64,000 bases of DNA, from the NCBI GenBank assembly GCA_904063045.1, contig CAJFCJ010000096.1, positions 2,195 through 66,194 of the forward strand, in the 5' to 3' direction. The translations under genes were made by a program, and so were the position numbers. The notes beneath the pieces are model-generated. The model was given only the letters and a program-made list of their open reading frames with translations. It was not told the origin of the DNA and ran no database searches. This document shows positions 1 through 10,016 of the stretch, piece after piece. The stretch is from Dimorphilus gyrociliatus. Lineage: Eukaryota > Animalia > Annelida. The first letter of the stretch is position 1. Every line of letters starts with the position of its first letter.

Positions 1-31
1 TCAATCACAATATTTTTGGGTTGTTCTCCAT

Positions 32-236
32 GGGACCGGTCGAAAACTTCCATAAAAGAAATATTTGAAAGTTAGATTTCAGCCTGGGAAATGGTTAGGA
101 GGAATAAGATAACTGTTGATATGTTCTTAGGAGGGTCCCATCTAAGGGTTAGGGGTATTCAAAAAGGTTAGGCAAAAACAAGGGCTGGGTTAGGGTTAGG
201 GTAAAACCATAGATATATGGCCGTTCTACCACATCC
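32..236 (+). mobile_element. MITE copy 1 (MULE-type non-autonomous element, 205 bp)
   Basis: Flanked by the 9-bp direct repeat gttctccat (23-31 and 237-245). Imperfect terminal inverted repeats. Near-identical to 27453-27659 and 44546-44752. Confidence 0.92.
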
Positions 237-590
237 GTTCTCCATCTAAAAGTTTTAGTATTTTTTTAAAATTATAGATATATTTGTACCACTTCAGACA
301 GAACATTTTTTAAAAATTTAAATGGATGTTATTGAAAACACCCACAGTTTTGTGGTTTACCCAAAATAACTTCAAAATGGGCGTTTTTAATTGCTCCCGA
401 TTAAAGTGTTAAAGAAACCCGATTATTATTGATTTGTTTGGTCATGTTGGTAAAAAGCACATATTTAGATATGAATAATAGATGGACAGAAAATGTCCTA
501 GAAAGAAGAGAAAACATTCATGAAATGCCAAAATAATCTATTATTATTATAATATTATATTCATATATAAATTTATATATACTGTATATA

Positions 591-1318
591 CAGTATAGAC
601 AAAAGTCCCTAGCCCCAGTTTAGATATTAAGCTATACAAAACAACTACTTTGATTTGGCAATAATAATCATTAATATGTATAAACTAATATTCTTTATCA
701 AAAAATTGTTTTTCTTTTATAAAATCCAGTTTTAGTAATTATACCTCGAAAAAAAGGGAGTTGTTAAAAATGAGTCACCATCTATTTTATCAAATATTTT
801 ACATAAAATTTACCTTAGGACACTGTTTTACAATTTATATATATGAACTATTATAACATTTTATAAAAATATAGTAATAATACTTTTAAACTTTTTTAAT
901 ACTTAGTATGACCAGCCTTATTGAAAAGACACTGCTGTAGCCTCTTTCTAAAACTATTAAGCCATTTTTCAACATATTCAGTTGGAATATTGTCAAATTC
1001 TTGCTGTGTTGCCCTCCTTAGATCATCTACATTTGTGCATGTATGTTTATCAGCCCTTCCTTTTATGTATGACCATAAATTTTCAATAGGATTTAGGTCA
1101 GGACTCTGGGCTGGCCAGTCTTCCATGTTTCTTATGTTCTTTTTATTTAGATACCTTAAGATACTCCTAGATGTATGGCATGGAGCACCATCCTGCATGA
1201 ATACATGATCTCTATTGTAATTCTCTAGAAAAGATTTATCAAGAATTTCTTGATATTTTTCTGAATTTAAATTGCTTTTATATAAATGTATACCGAAAGT
1301 GCTACAAGAAGAAGGCAA
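591..1318 (-). mobile_element. Tc1-like transposon remnant (3' half of transposase plus one terminal repeat)
   Basis: ORF 896-1318 has QDGAPCH...WPAQSPDLNPIENLW, the Tc1/IS630 catalytic motifs. End sequence TA|cagtatagacaaaagtccctagcccc at 589-616 matches the end of the copy at about 10920-10946. Confidence 0.88.
695..775. repeat. Dispersed repeat fragment, second copy at about 21686-21760
   Basis: Shared ttatcaaaaaa.tg...tttt...agttttagtaattatacct.gaaaaaa.gg..t.gttaaaaat. Confidence 0.65.
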
Positions 1319-1589
1319 CCAGCTTGATAAGTAACTATTAGACTAAAACAAAAAATAGAAATTTATAAAATAAAACAAGACAAAATAATTAATTAAGCTT
1401 ATATGGATTTTTTTGGCGCACCTTTTTGCCTCTTTTTTTAAGATAAATAAACAAAAAAACTATATGAGTGTATTCTACTAGTACAGTTCTATATATATAT
1501 TCCAGTGACAAGATATTTACTGCACTATGAGTAAAGGGAACCTTTGTATTCGGACCAATATCATAACTATTCTTCTTTTACTGGGTCAT

Positions 1590-1690
1590 TTATTATTATG
1601 AACTCCAAGAATATCAATAATTTTTGTACATCAATCCAACAATTTTGTGATGGAATCAATCATTGTACATATGTTATGAAAGCCATTTTT
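1590..1690 (+). pseudogene. Degenerate LDLa-repeat fragment related to the GRL101-like receptors
   Basis: Translation NFCTSIQQFCDGINHC resembles YCISVQNICDGINHC of the receptor genes. The rest of the repeat is lost. Confidence 0.45.
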
Positions 1691-2202
1691 TTGACAACAG
1701 CTCGGAGAAACAATCCTTTACATTCAGGCTCTTCGATAGCTAAAAATTTTAATAATAGAACCTTTCATAAAGCTATTAAATATAAATATAGTAATTCATT
1801 TAATACTTTAAAGAAAATACAATAAATTGAAAGTGTTGTCAGCACCTCCTGACACTACCTCTCTACACAACTAAAGTCCATGTTTTAGGAATACCCTTTT
1901 ATATTTCTAAATATAGAAAAAATTGAGAAAAAAAATCAATTTACCATTTCAAAATGGCCGCCAATCAACGTTTCAGGAATGAAGATTACTCTACATGTGG
2001 AAGTTGTTTGGTATCTTGAGTAGGATTTTATTCTGAAAGTGCTTCCTAGTAAATAACCATGCTGTTTTATATAAACTCAAAAACTGTCAATTGTAAAATA
2101 TTTTAGAAGGACTGCAAAAAATCTTAAACATTTTTAAGATTCATTATTTACATAATTGTTTTTTGAAGAACAGAGTTGATTGATTGAAATTTTTCTAAAA
2201 CA

Positions 2203-3918
2203 TTGTTCACCATTGAGGCAATAAGTCTATCTGGGAAAAGAGAGATGAGCAAGGGATTATTGAATATTTGTGAAGGACTTCAAATGTCATCGAATACTCT
2301 TAAATGTCTTAATTTTAATAGATGTAATTTAAATGAAGATCAAAGTGAACAAATTGGAAATTTGCTAAAACATTGTTCTGCAATAGAAACCATAAATCTG
2401 TCTGAGAATGAAGAGATGGGTAAAGGAATATCAAATATTTGTGAAGGACTTCAAATGTCATCAAACAATTTGAAGAATCTGGATTTAAAGCTATGTAATT
2501 TAAATGAAGATCAAAGTGCACAAATTGGAAATTTGCTAAAACATTATTCTGCAATAGAAACAATAAATCTGTCAGAGAATAAAGAAATGGGTAAGGGAAT
2601 ATTGGATATTTGTGAAGGCCTTCAAACATCATCAAAAACTTTAAAAAGTCTTAATTTTAATAGGTGTAATTTAAATGAGGATCAAAGTGCACAAATTGGA
2701 AATTTGCTGAAAAATTGTACTGCAATAGAAACTATAAATCTGTTGAGGAGTGACTTTGCTAAAGGAATATTGAAAATTTGTGAAGGACTTCAAATGTCAT
2801 CAAACACTTTAAAGAATTTGGATTTAAGTTTATGTTATTTAAATGAAGAACAAAGTACACAGATTGGAAATTTGCTAAAACATTGTTCTAGAATTGAAGC
2901 AATAAGTCTGTCTGAGAATAGACAGATGGGTAAGGGAGTATTAAACATTTGTGAAGGACTTCGAATGTCTGCAAATACTTTAAAGAGTCTTAATTTTAAT
3001 AGGTGTAATATAACTGAAGATCAAAGTACACAAATTGGAAATTTGCTGAAAAATTGTACTGCAATAGAAACAGTAAATCTATTAGGGAATAGGTTGGGTA
3101 ATGGAATGTTGAATGTTTGTGAAGGACTTCAATTATCATCAAACAGTTTGAAGAATCTGGATTTAAGTTTATGCCAATTGAATGAAGAACAATGCACACA
3201 GCTTGAAAATGTACTAAAGAATTGTTATAGAATTGAAAGAATAGGTCTTTTTGTGTACAGAAATACGAGTAACGAAATAATGAACATTTTTGAAAGACTT
3301 CAAATATCATCAGATACATTAAAGAATCTTAACTTAAATAGATATAATTTAAATGAAGATGAAAGTACACAGATTGGAAATTGGCTAAAACATTACTCCA
3401 GAATAGAATCTATAGATCTATCTAAGAATAGAGAGATGGGTAGGGGAATATTGAATATTTGTGAAGGACTTCAAATGTCATCAAACACTTTAAAGAGTCT
3501 TAATTTTAATATGTGTAATTTAGATGAAGATCAAAGTATACAGGTTGGAAATTTACTAAAAAATTGTTCTAGAATTGAAGCAATAAGTCTGTCCTGCAAC
3601 AGACAAATGGGTAAGGGACTTTTCAATATTTGTGAAGGACTTCAAATGTCATCAAATACTTTAAAGAGTCTTCATTTAAATGGATGTATTTTAAATGAAG
3701 ATCAAAGTATACAGGTTGGAAATTTGTTAAAACATTGTTGCAAAATAGAAACAATGTATCTTTTGTGGAATAGACAGATGGGTAAAGGAATAATAAATAT
3801 TTGTGAAGGACTTCGAATGTCATCAAATACTTTTAAGAATCTTAATTTAAAAAGGTGTAATTTAATTAAACCTCAAAATACGCAAATTGGAAATTTGCTG
3901 AAACTTTTTTCTGAATAG
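2203..3918 (+). CDS. RI/NLR-type leucine-rich-repeat protein, about ten 56-57 aa double repeats; 5' end decayed (first in-frame ATG 2245), possibly a pseudogene
   Basis: 571-codon ORF made of about 171-bp tandem units (IETINLSxNxxMGKGIxNICEGLQMSSNTLKxLNFNRCNLNEDQSxQIGNLLKxC). Upstream sequence is a frameshifted, stop-containing extra repeat. Confidence 0.85.
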   Translation: MFTIEAISLSGKREMSKGLLNICEGLQMSSNTLKCLNFNRCNLNEDQSEQIGNLLKHCSAIETINLSENEEMGKGISNICEGLQMSSNNLKNLDLKLCNLNEDQSAQIGNLLKHYSAIETINLSENKEMGKGILDICEGLQTSSKTLKSLNFNRCNLNEDQSAQIGNLLKNCTAIETINLLRSDFAKGILKICEGLQMSSNTLKNLDLSLCYLNEEQSTQIGNLLKHCSRIEAISLSENRQMGKGVLNICEGLRMSANTLKSLNFNRCNITEDQSTQIGNLLKNCTAIETVNLLGNRLGNGMLNVCEGLQLSSNSLKNLDLSLCQLNEEQCTQLENVLKNCYRIERIGLFVYRNTSNEIMNIFERLQISSDTLKNLNLNRYNLNEDESTQIGNWLKHYSRIESIDLSKNREMGRGILNICEGLQMSSNTLKSLNFNMCNLDEDQSIQVGNLLKNCSRIEAISLSCNRQMGKGLFNICEGLQMSSNTLKSLHLNGCILNEDQSIQVGNLLKHCCKIETMYLLWNRQMGKGIINICEGLRMSSNTFKNLNLKRCNLIKPQNTQIGNLLKLFSE

Positions 3919-4599
3919 AACCAATAGATCTATCTGTCAAGGGGTTGAGTGTGAATATGTAATAATTCTATTATTGAAGTTTTGAATGAATTGTTTGGCC
4001 ATAAATGTATAAACTGTTCTCTTGATTAGATAGAGTTATATTTCTTTAATTAATTTGAACCAAGTGCTTTTTGCAAGATTTAATAGAGATAAATATAACT
4101 ATGCTTTCTTGTGGATTATTGAAGTACAATATTCGATTTAAAGTACTATCTTCAATTTTTCAACTAAGTCAATATATTTCATAAATGAAATTGAATAGTT
4201 GGAAAAAAATTATTAATAACTTTCTACCTGATGAACTCTGCAGAGAGACATTTGTGAAAATAGGGAAAGGAATTTAATCTTTATAACAAACTCAAAACAT
4301 CAGTCGTATCTGATAAATAAACTTGAATAGTTTAAAAATCAACATGCTGGCTTGTGGTAGTATCATACATTATTGAAATTATAATATTAATCCATTGTTC
4401 AGCAAATTTAAAAGTATAATTGTAGCATTTTACATAGTTTGAGTATGGAAAATCTAAGATCACAGATGAAGCTGAGTTTCAATCAACTCTTACTTTTGAA
4501 TGATGGTTTGTCAACCTCCTGTCTGAAAATTGTACATTGTTTCTTTTTTTCTTGATTAGCTAGACTAAATATGGCATTTTTACTTCTTTCAATCAAATT

Positions 4600-5743
4600 T
4601 CACATAAAATAAAATCCTTTAGCAGACCCAGAGAATGAGGGAATCTGACTTAGCGACGCATAGTGACAATGACTCATTATATAGAATACATGATCAATGA
4701 TTGTAAACAGTGATGATGTGTGGGCTCTTTTTTCCATTGCACATATAAAGGCTCTGATAAATCTGCTTCCAGACCTTTCACCAGATAGACCTGCATATCC
4801 TTCAAAAAGACATTACTCTATCATAAGTGATTATCTGTTAGGATATCCATACCTTGAATTGTTGAATAGATTTGTAAGGTATCTCCGCCAGGAATTGCGT
4901 GTTCAGAAATGTATCTTTTTTTGCATATTTTCCCAGACTGTCTATTAGTTCTCAATTCATTTTCATGTTCAAACTCTTTGAAAACAGCTTCACATTCTTT
5001 TGTTTCTTTTTTATGGAAAACATAACCTGCAAAAACGTTTTTGAACAGTATTTAAATAGAAACTGGTACCATACTCATTACCTCCTAGACAAGTATTGAA
5101 AAAAAATATTTTCGGTTTTAAGTCCAGCTCTGTACAGTTGGAAGAACTAAACTTATTAATTAAATCAGCATAGGCAAAAAAATCATTTGATTCTCTCCTT
5201 TTCTTTTGATTAGGTTTTAAATAAAACCCATTTTCATCTCCATGTGCCATTGTAAAGAATATTAATCCTCCAAACTTTTTCAATTTTTTTTTTAGTTTTT
5301 TCAAAAGTGCTTGAAACGTATCAATGTCAAGGTCATCCCAATGTTCAGTGGAATATTTCGTCTCAAAAGCTTGTTTAACAATTTGATTATGAATTGTTAT
5401 GTTGAATTTATTTATAGATTCAATGTTAAACAAGTTTTTTACGAGATGATTTTGTCAGTTCTCTAAACAATTTTTGTAAATTTTTAACATCAATCTTGCT
5501 TTCTTGTCGCCTATTCTTCTTAGTTTCACTATAATAAATGCTTATGTTATTGAACATGTTAGAACAGCTGTTTTAAAAAACTACAAATATCCTGAAAGAT
5601 CAATTCTATCATCTCTAAATGTGCATATTTAACTTTCTAGAAGAGCTAACCCTAACATTACAATATGTAGAGAAGTGAACCTACTAAGTTTTTATGTTCA
5701 GTATTATAACTTTGATAATCTTTCCTCTGGTGTCATAGATGGT
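4600..5743 (-). CDS. Caspase (peptidase C14) domain, five exons
   Basis: Spliced translation gives IILNIKTY...RRQESKIDVKNLQKLF, TMAHG (catalytic His), KPKIFFFNTCLG (catalytic Cys), IPGGDTLQIYSTIQGY, GSRFIRAFIC and QIPSF...FYFM*, matching p20 and p10 caspase motifs. Confidence 0.9.
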
Positions 5744-8700
5744 CTGCAATGAAATAAAAAGAATGAATTAAGTAATAAAGTGTGTTTGAAGATTTTGCAC
5801 TGATTCACATAAAAGTGGCCACTAAGATTTTGGCTATTATTTATAATGTGTCAATGTGACAATGTTTAGAAATAAACCAATGCAAATCTTCTATATAATT
5901 TCTCTCTGTTTTAGACCTTTCCACACTCCATTTTAAATTGAAAATTATCTTTAAAATTTCTGTCTTTTCCAGTGAAAGGTATTATTAGTACATTCTCTAA
6001 AAGAATAAAGAGTAAACTTTTATAGAAAAGAGGAAAGCAACTAACATTGAACTTACCATTTGATAGAAAATATTTATAAGAATCCAACTGTGTTTTAGGG
6101 AATTTGAAATGTGGAACACGATTTATCAAAGTCTTAGAGTCACTCTCATAAAGTGGGATATAATCAGGTGTCTTAAAAACTAAATAGTCCAATGTAGCTT
6201 TTGCAATTGTTTTTGAACAGTTTTTTTTCTTCATGTGGCTCCTCTTCAATAAAAATGTTGTTATAAAAGCTGCCAGTGGATTGCTACAAACTTTTAGTAT
6301 ATTTGTAGTACTTGTCATTGAATTAAGATATTGATTTTTTTCACGTAACTGTTGAAAATATTCGTATGTTGATGAAAAGCCAATCACTTCTCTTTCATAG
6401 TCTGATTTTACATTTTCAGCTGAAAAATTTCTTGAGAATATTACAACTGAATGTGGAAAATGAATAGGTTGGCCAGTAATTATTTTATAGAAGTCATTCT
6501 GTTCATTATTCATTTTATCAAATTCATCCAAAAGAAATAAAATCCTTTTGCCTTTCTTTCCAAAATACTGCAGGAACCATTGGACACAGTAGATAGACTG
6601 CCAGAGATCATTTTTCCATTGATTATATAGAGAAGTGTAGTATGATTCATTTTCCTTAACTTTACTCAAGTCAATTCTGATAATCAAATCTATATTCTCA
6701 ATTTGAAAATGTTCAGGTTTTTTCATTATCTGTAAACATAGAAATGATTTTCCACTTCCTCCCTCTCCTTTTATCAACATTTTGAAACTTTTTTTCAAAT
6801 TTACAAAAGATAGAGATACTTCTTTATTGTGCGTATCTGTAATCTTTAATGGTTTGTAAGCTTTGTCAAAATCTATGTTTTCATGTTTCCTAATTAACTT
6901 TTTATTCAAAAGAAAATTTGAAATGTTTTGTAAAATTTCATTGCAAACATGTTGAATTGAATCTTTCACAATGGTTTGATTACGATTTAGAAAAATTTCG
7001 GAAATTTGTTCCAAAACCTCTTCAGTATAAACAGGTCCAATTTCTTCCAATAACTTGCATCTTATACCCAGATGTTCATCATAAACTATATGTAGATTAG
7101 TAAAATTTGGAGAATACTTTGTCCAATATTTGCTTTCACTTTGCAGTTTCTCCTTCTTCAGAATATCTTGAAATTTCACAGACCATTTAATAAAAAATTG
7201 GACAAACTTAAATTCTATCTTTTCTCCTAGTAATGCAGATTCAATATTACTGGTTTGCTTCTGAAAACAAACAGAAGGTTAAAAATTAACAATGAAACTG
7301 TAGTGAACAGTTTCTATATAGAATTTATTTTACTTTTCTTGGCAGCTTCCATTTATGAAGTGTATGTGGGCCTAACAGACGAAATCCATCCATTTCTTCG
7401 GAATTATTATTGATTAAAATTGAATGAGGAAAATTTTCAGTTTCTCCATTCAATATTTCACGGAATGCACTTGGAACTGTTCCATTAGGATCATATTTTG
7501 TAATCAGAAAAGTTATTGTATAGTTATTTTCTTTGCAAAATGTAAAAAATTTAGAAATCATCTCTTCTGTGTATTCATTGAAAATTTGTTTCTCTAAAGT
7601 TTTTAAATAGGTTTCATTCTTCTCAATTTTATTAAAATTTAGTTTCAAAAATATTACTGTATCTAATTCCTTCAGGCCAGGAAATTGACTACCAAATTGA
7701 CATCTGTAATAGTTAGAATGGTTACTCTTTTTAAAGTACTCAAAATACATCAGCCATTTTCCAAAATAGAATTTGTAGATATGAGAAATATTCTCTCTTA
7801 ATTCTGATTCATAATATTCTTCTACATGATACATGTGTATGATAGGAAAAAATTCATTATCCTCGGACAATAAAGTCTGTAATTGCTGTCTTTTCTCCTC
7901 CATCAAACAATTTTTTTGTACCAAATTATATACAGTTTCACTCATACTGTTCTCTGAAGGAGAAAAAATCTGTTTGTTTGAAAAAAATGCGTGATTATTA
8001 CATTACCAAATGAGCTTATTCAGAAATGTAAAATGACAGCTTACCGGAAATGGAATAGCACAAAATATTTCTAAATCAGCATTTTTCAATTCGAAAACCT
8101 CTTCGCTATTCAACCTTATTTGATTTTTTGACCAAGCATCAAAAGAGTATTTGAATTTTTTTTTACCTTGAATAACATTTGAAAAATATTCATTTTCAGG
8201 TGAAATATCATCTAAATGATCAAAGAAGAAATGAATTTTTCTTTCTTGTAATTTATAATATTCTAACATCCATTCAAACAGTTCATTTGAAAACCAAGAA
8301 GCTTTACTGTCAACTTCTCTTCTTATTAGTGTTAAATAATCATCCTGACCTTTCACCTTTCTCAAATCTAATTTAATTATTAGATCAAAAGGACAGGAAA
8401 TTTCTTCTTCTGTATCAAAAATAGAAATATATTGCATGTGTGATAATACTAACATGTGACTATAATCTTGGCTATGGAAATTTCTCAAATTTTTATTGTT
8501 TGTATATATTCTAAAAGCTGTGTCTTTCCATAAACTACTTTTGTCCATTGAAGAAAAAAGTTCACATTCCACGTAATTTGTAAGATAATCACATATCTGA
8601 TTTAAAAGAATAGTAGCAGTATTTCTATTTGATAACTTCTCTAATTCTTTGCATATTTCAACTATATTCTTTTCAGAATTAAATTCTTTGGCCACTTCAC

Positions 8701-8758
8701 CATACACATCTTCTAGTTGATCTTTAAACTTAATAATCGGACATTCTCTTGGATTCAT
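4600..8758 (-). CDS. Multi-exon NACHT-like x2 + NACHT NTPase + C-terminal caspase-domain protein (about 1146 aa model)
   Basis: Hand-built exons 8758-8045, 7969-7334, 7260-6057, 5996-5917, 5743-5685, 5528-5443, 5369-5082, 5026-4853, 4799-4600. All introns GT-AG with matching phases; total 3441 nt, open to the stop. Walker A GEGGSGKS and Walker B ILFLLDEFD in exon 3. The 5916 donor (gtctaa) is weak. Confidence 0.72.
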
Positions 8759-9237
8759 AACTAAACACTATAATAACTTTACTCATGCAAATAAATACTA
8801 CTCCAGTTAGCAATATACAATATCCCATGGGCCAAAAATTACAAAAGTCTTTGTAATTGATTATAAAGATAAAGAGTTATGTAGTTTCGTTTTCTGTGAC
8901 TCACCATGCTCACTCAATATCTGAAATGCTCTTAAGCAATACTACAGTACAGGTAACCTATTTTTGAACGCTCAGCTATTTTCTATTTTAGTTAAAATAT
9001 TTTTTCTTTAACATTAACTTTACAATCGAATAATTAGACATGGAAATTTGCCACTTTGTAATCAACATATTCAATTAATTAAATCTTCAAATTTCACTGT
9101 TTAAGTATCAAAAAAAATTTTATTCTGAAAAAATTACACAAAGTGCCCGATATCCTATTTTTGAACAATAATTGAATTATTGGGTACGGTTTGACCCAGG
9201 TACGGTTTCACCCGTAAATGAGGTTACTGAACCTAAC

Positions 9238-9360
9238 ATACTATTTCCTGTTCCTAAATGGGGTGGAGATGATTATAAAGTTATTTCAATTGAGGAATGC
9301 TTTGCTGTTTGCAATTCCTATGAAGAATGCAAGTATGTTAATTCGTGACAGAAACAAAAA
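9238..9360 (+). pseudogene. Orphan duplicate of PAN-domain gene exon 1 end plus donor site
   Basis: Nearly identical to 11795-11915 (ggagatgattataaagttatttcaattgaggaatgc...tgcaagta.gttaattcgtgacagaaacaaaaa). Confidence 0.8.
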
Positions 9361-10016
9361 TGTACTAATATAGTTACTATATACTACTGTTACTACTTAC
9401 GCCCTGCTTTTATACAATTCCTTATCAGTTGTTTTTATGCCTTAGCTGTTAAAAACAAGGGTCTAACCCCAGATAATGATTGTTTACAACAAACAGGGTC
9501 AAGAGTTATCATATTATGCAATAGTGATGTAAACAACAACAACTTTGTGTCAAGGGTCAATTCTTACATCATATTTATGTAAATAAACGCTTGTTGTTGT
9601 TGTCAACATGCTTTGTTATGTAATACCTTTGCTTATAAAAGGGGTTGATTCTGGCAGTTAGGTACCATCTACCCCAGAGGAAGTATCTACTTCAACACTT
9701 CTACCATATGGTAAGTATTATTTATAAAATATCTATAAAATATAGTTTATAAGCGTACAAAAATTATTTTTCTTAAATAGAATTATGTTGTTTAAAGGGT
9801 ATTTTATGTAATTTCATACAACATTTGTTTTTTTCAGATTTTTAAAGTACTTTTTTTTAATTTTAGACAACAAGTACTTTTTGCAATTAAATTATATAAT
9901 TTAAAAATGGCCATATATATCTATACAAACATGTTTCTTATCTAAATAGTTTTTAAAACATTTGAGTTTAGAACAAATCTTACTTCGCAGATAATTACTT
10001 ACATTTCTTTGTCAAA

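Noticed and set aside
182-201. TTAGGG units as a chromosome end or interstitial telomere
   Set aside because: Only 2-3 units, embedded in a TSD-flanked MITE.
2085-2110. NCKIF as a B-box remnant
   Set aside because: Better explained as a frameshifted KICEGLQ segment of a decayed LRR unit.
2315-3826. Repetitive antisense ORFs over the LRR genes (also 15403-16376 and 59839-63143)
   Set aside because: Shadows of the tandem coding repeats on the other strand or frame; no independent motifs.
2203-3918. Regular 171-bp tandem repeats as a CRISPR-like or satellite array
   Set aside because: The units are in-frame coding LRRs with no repeat-spacer structure, and the DNA is eukaryotic.
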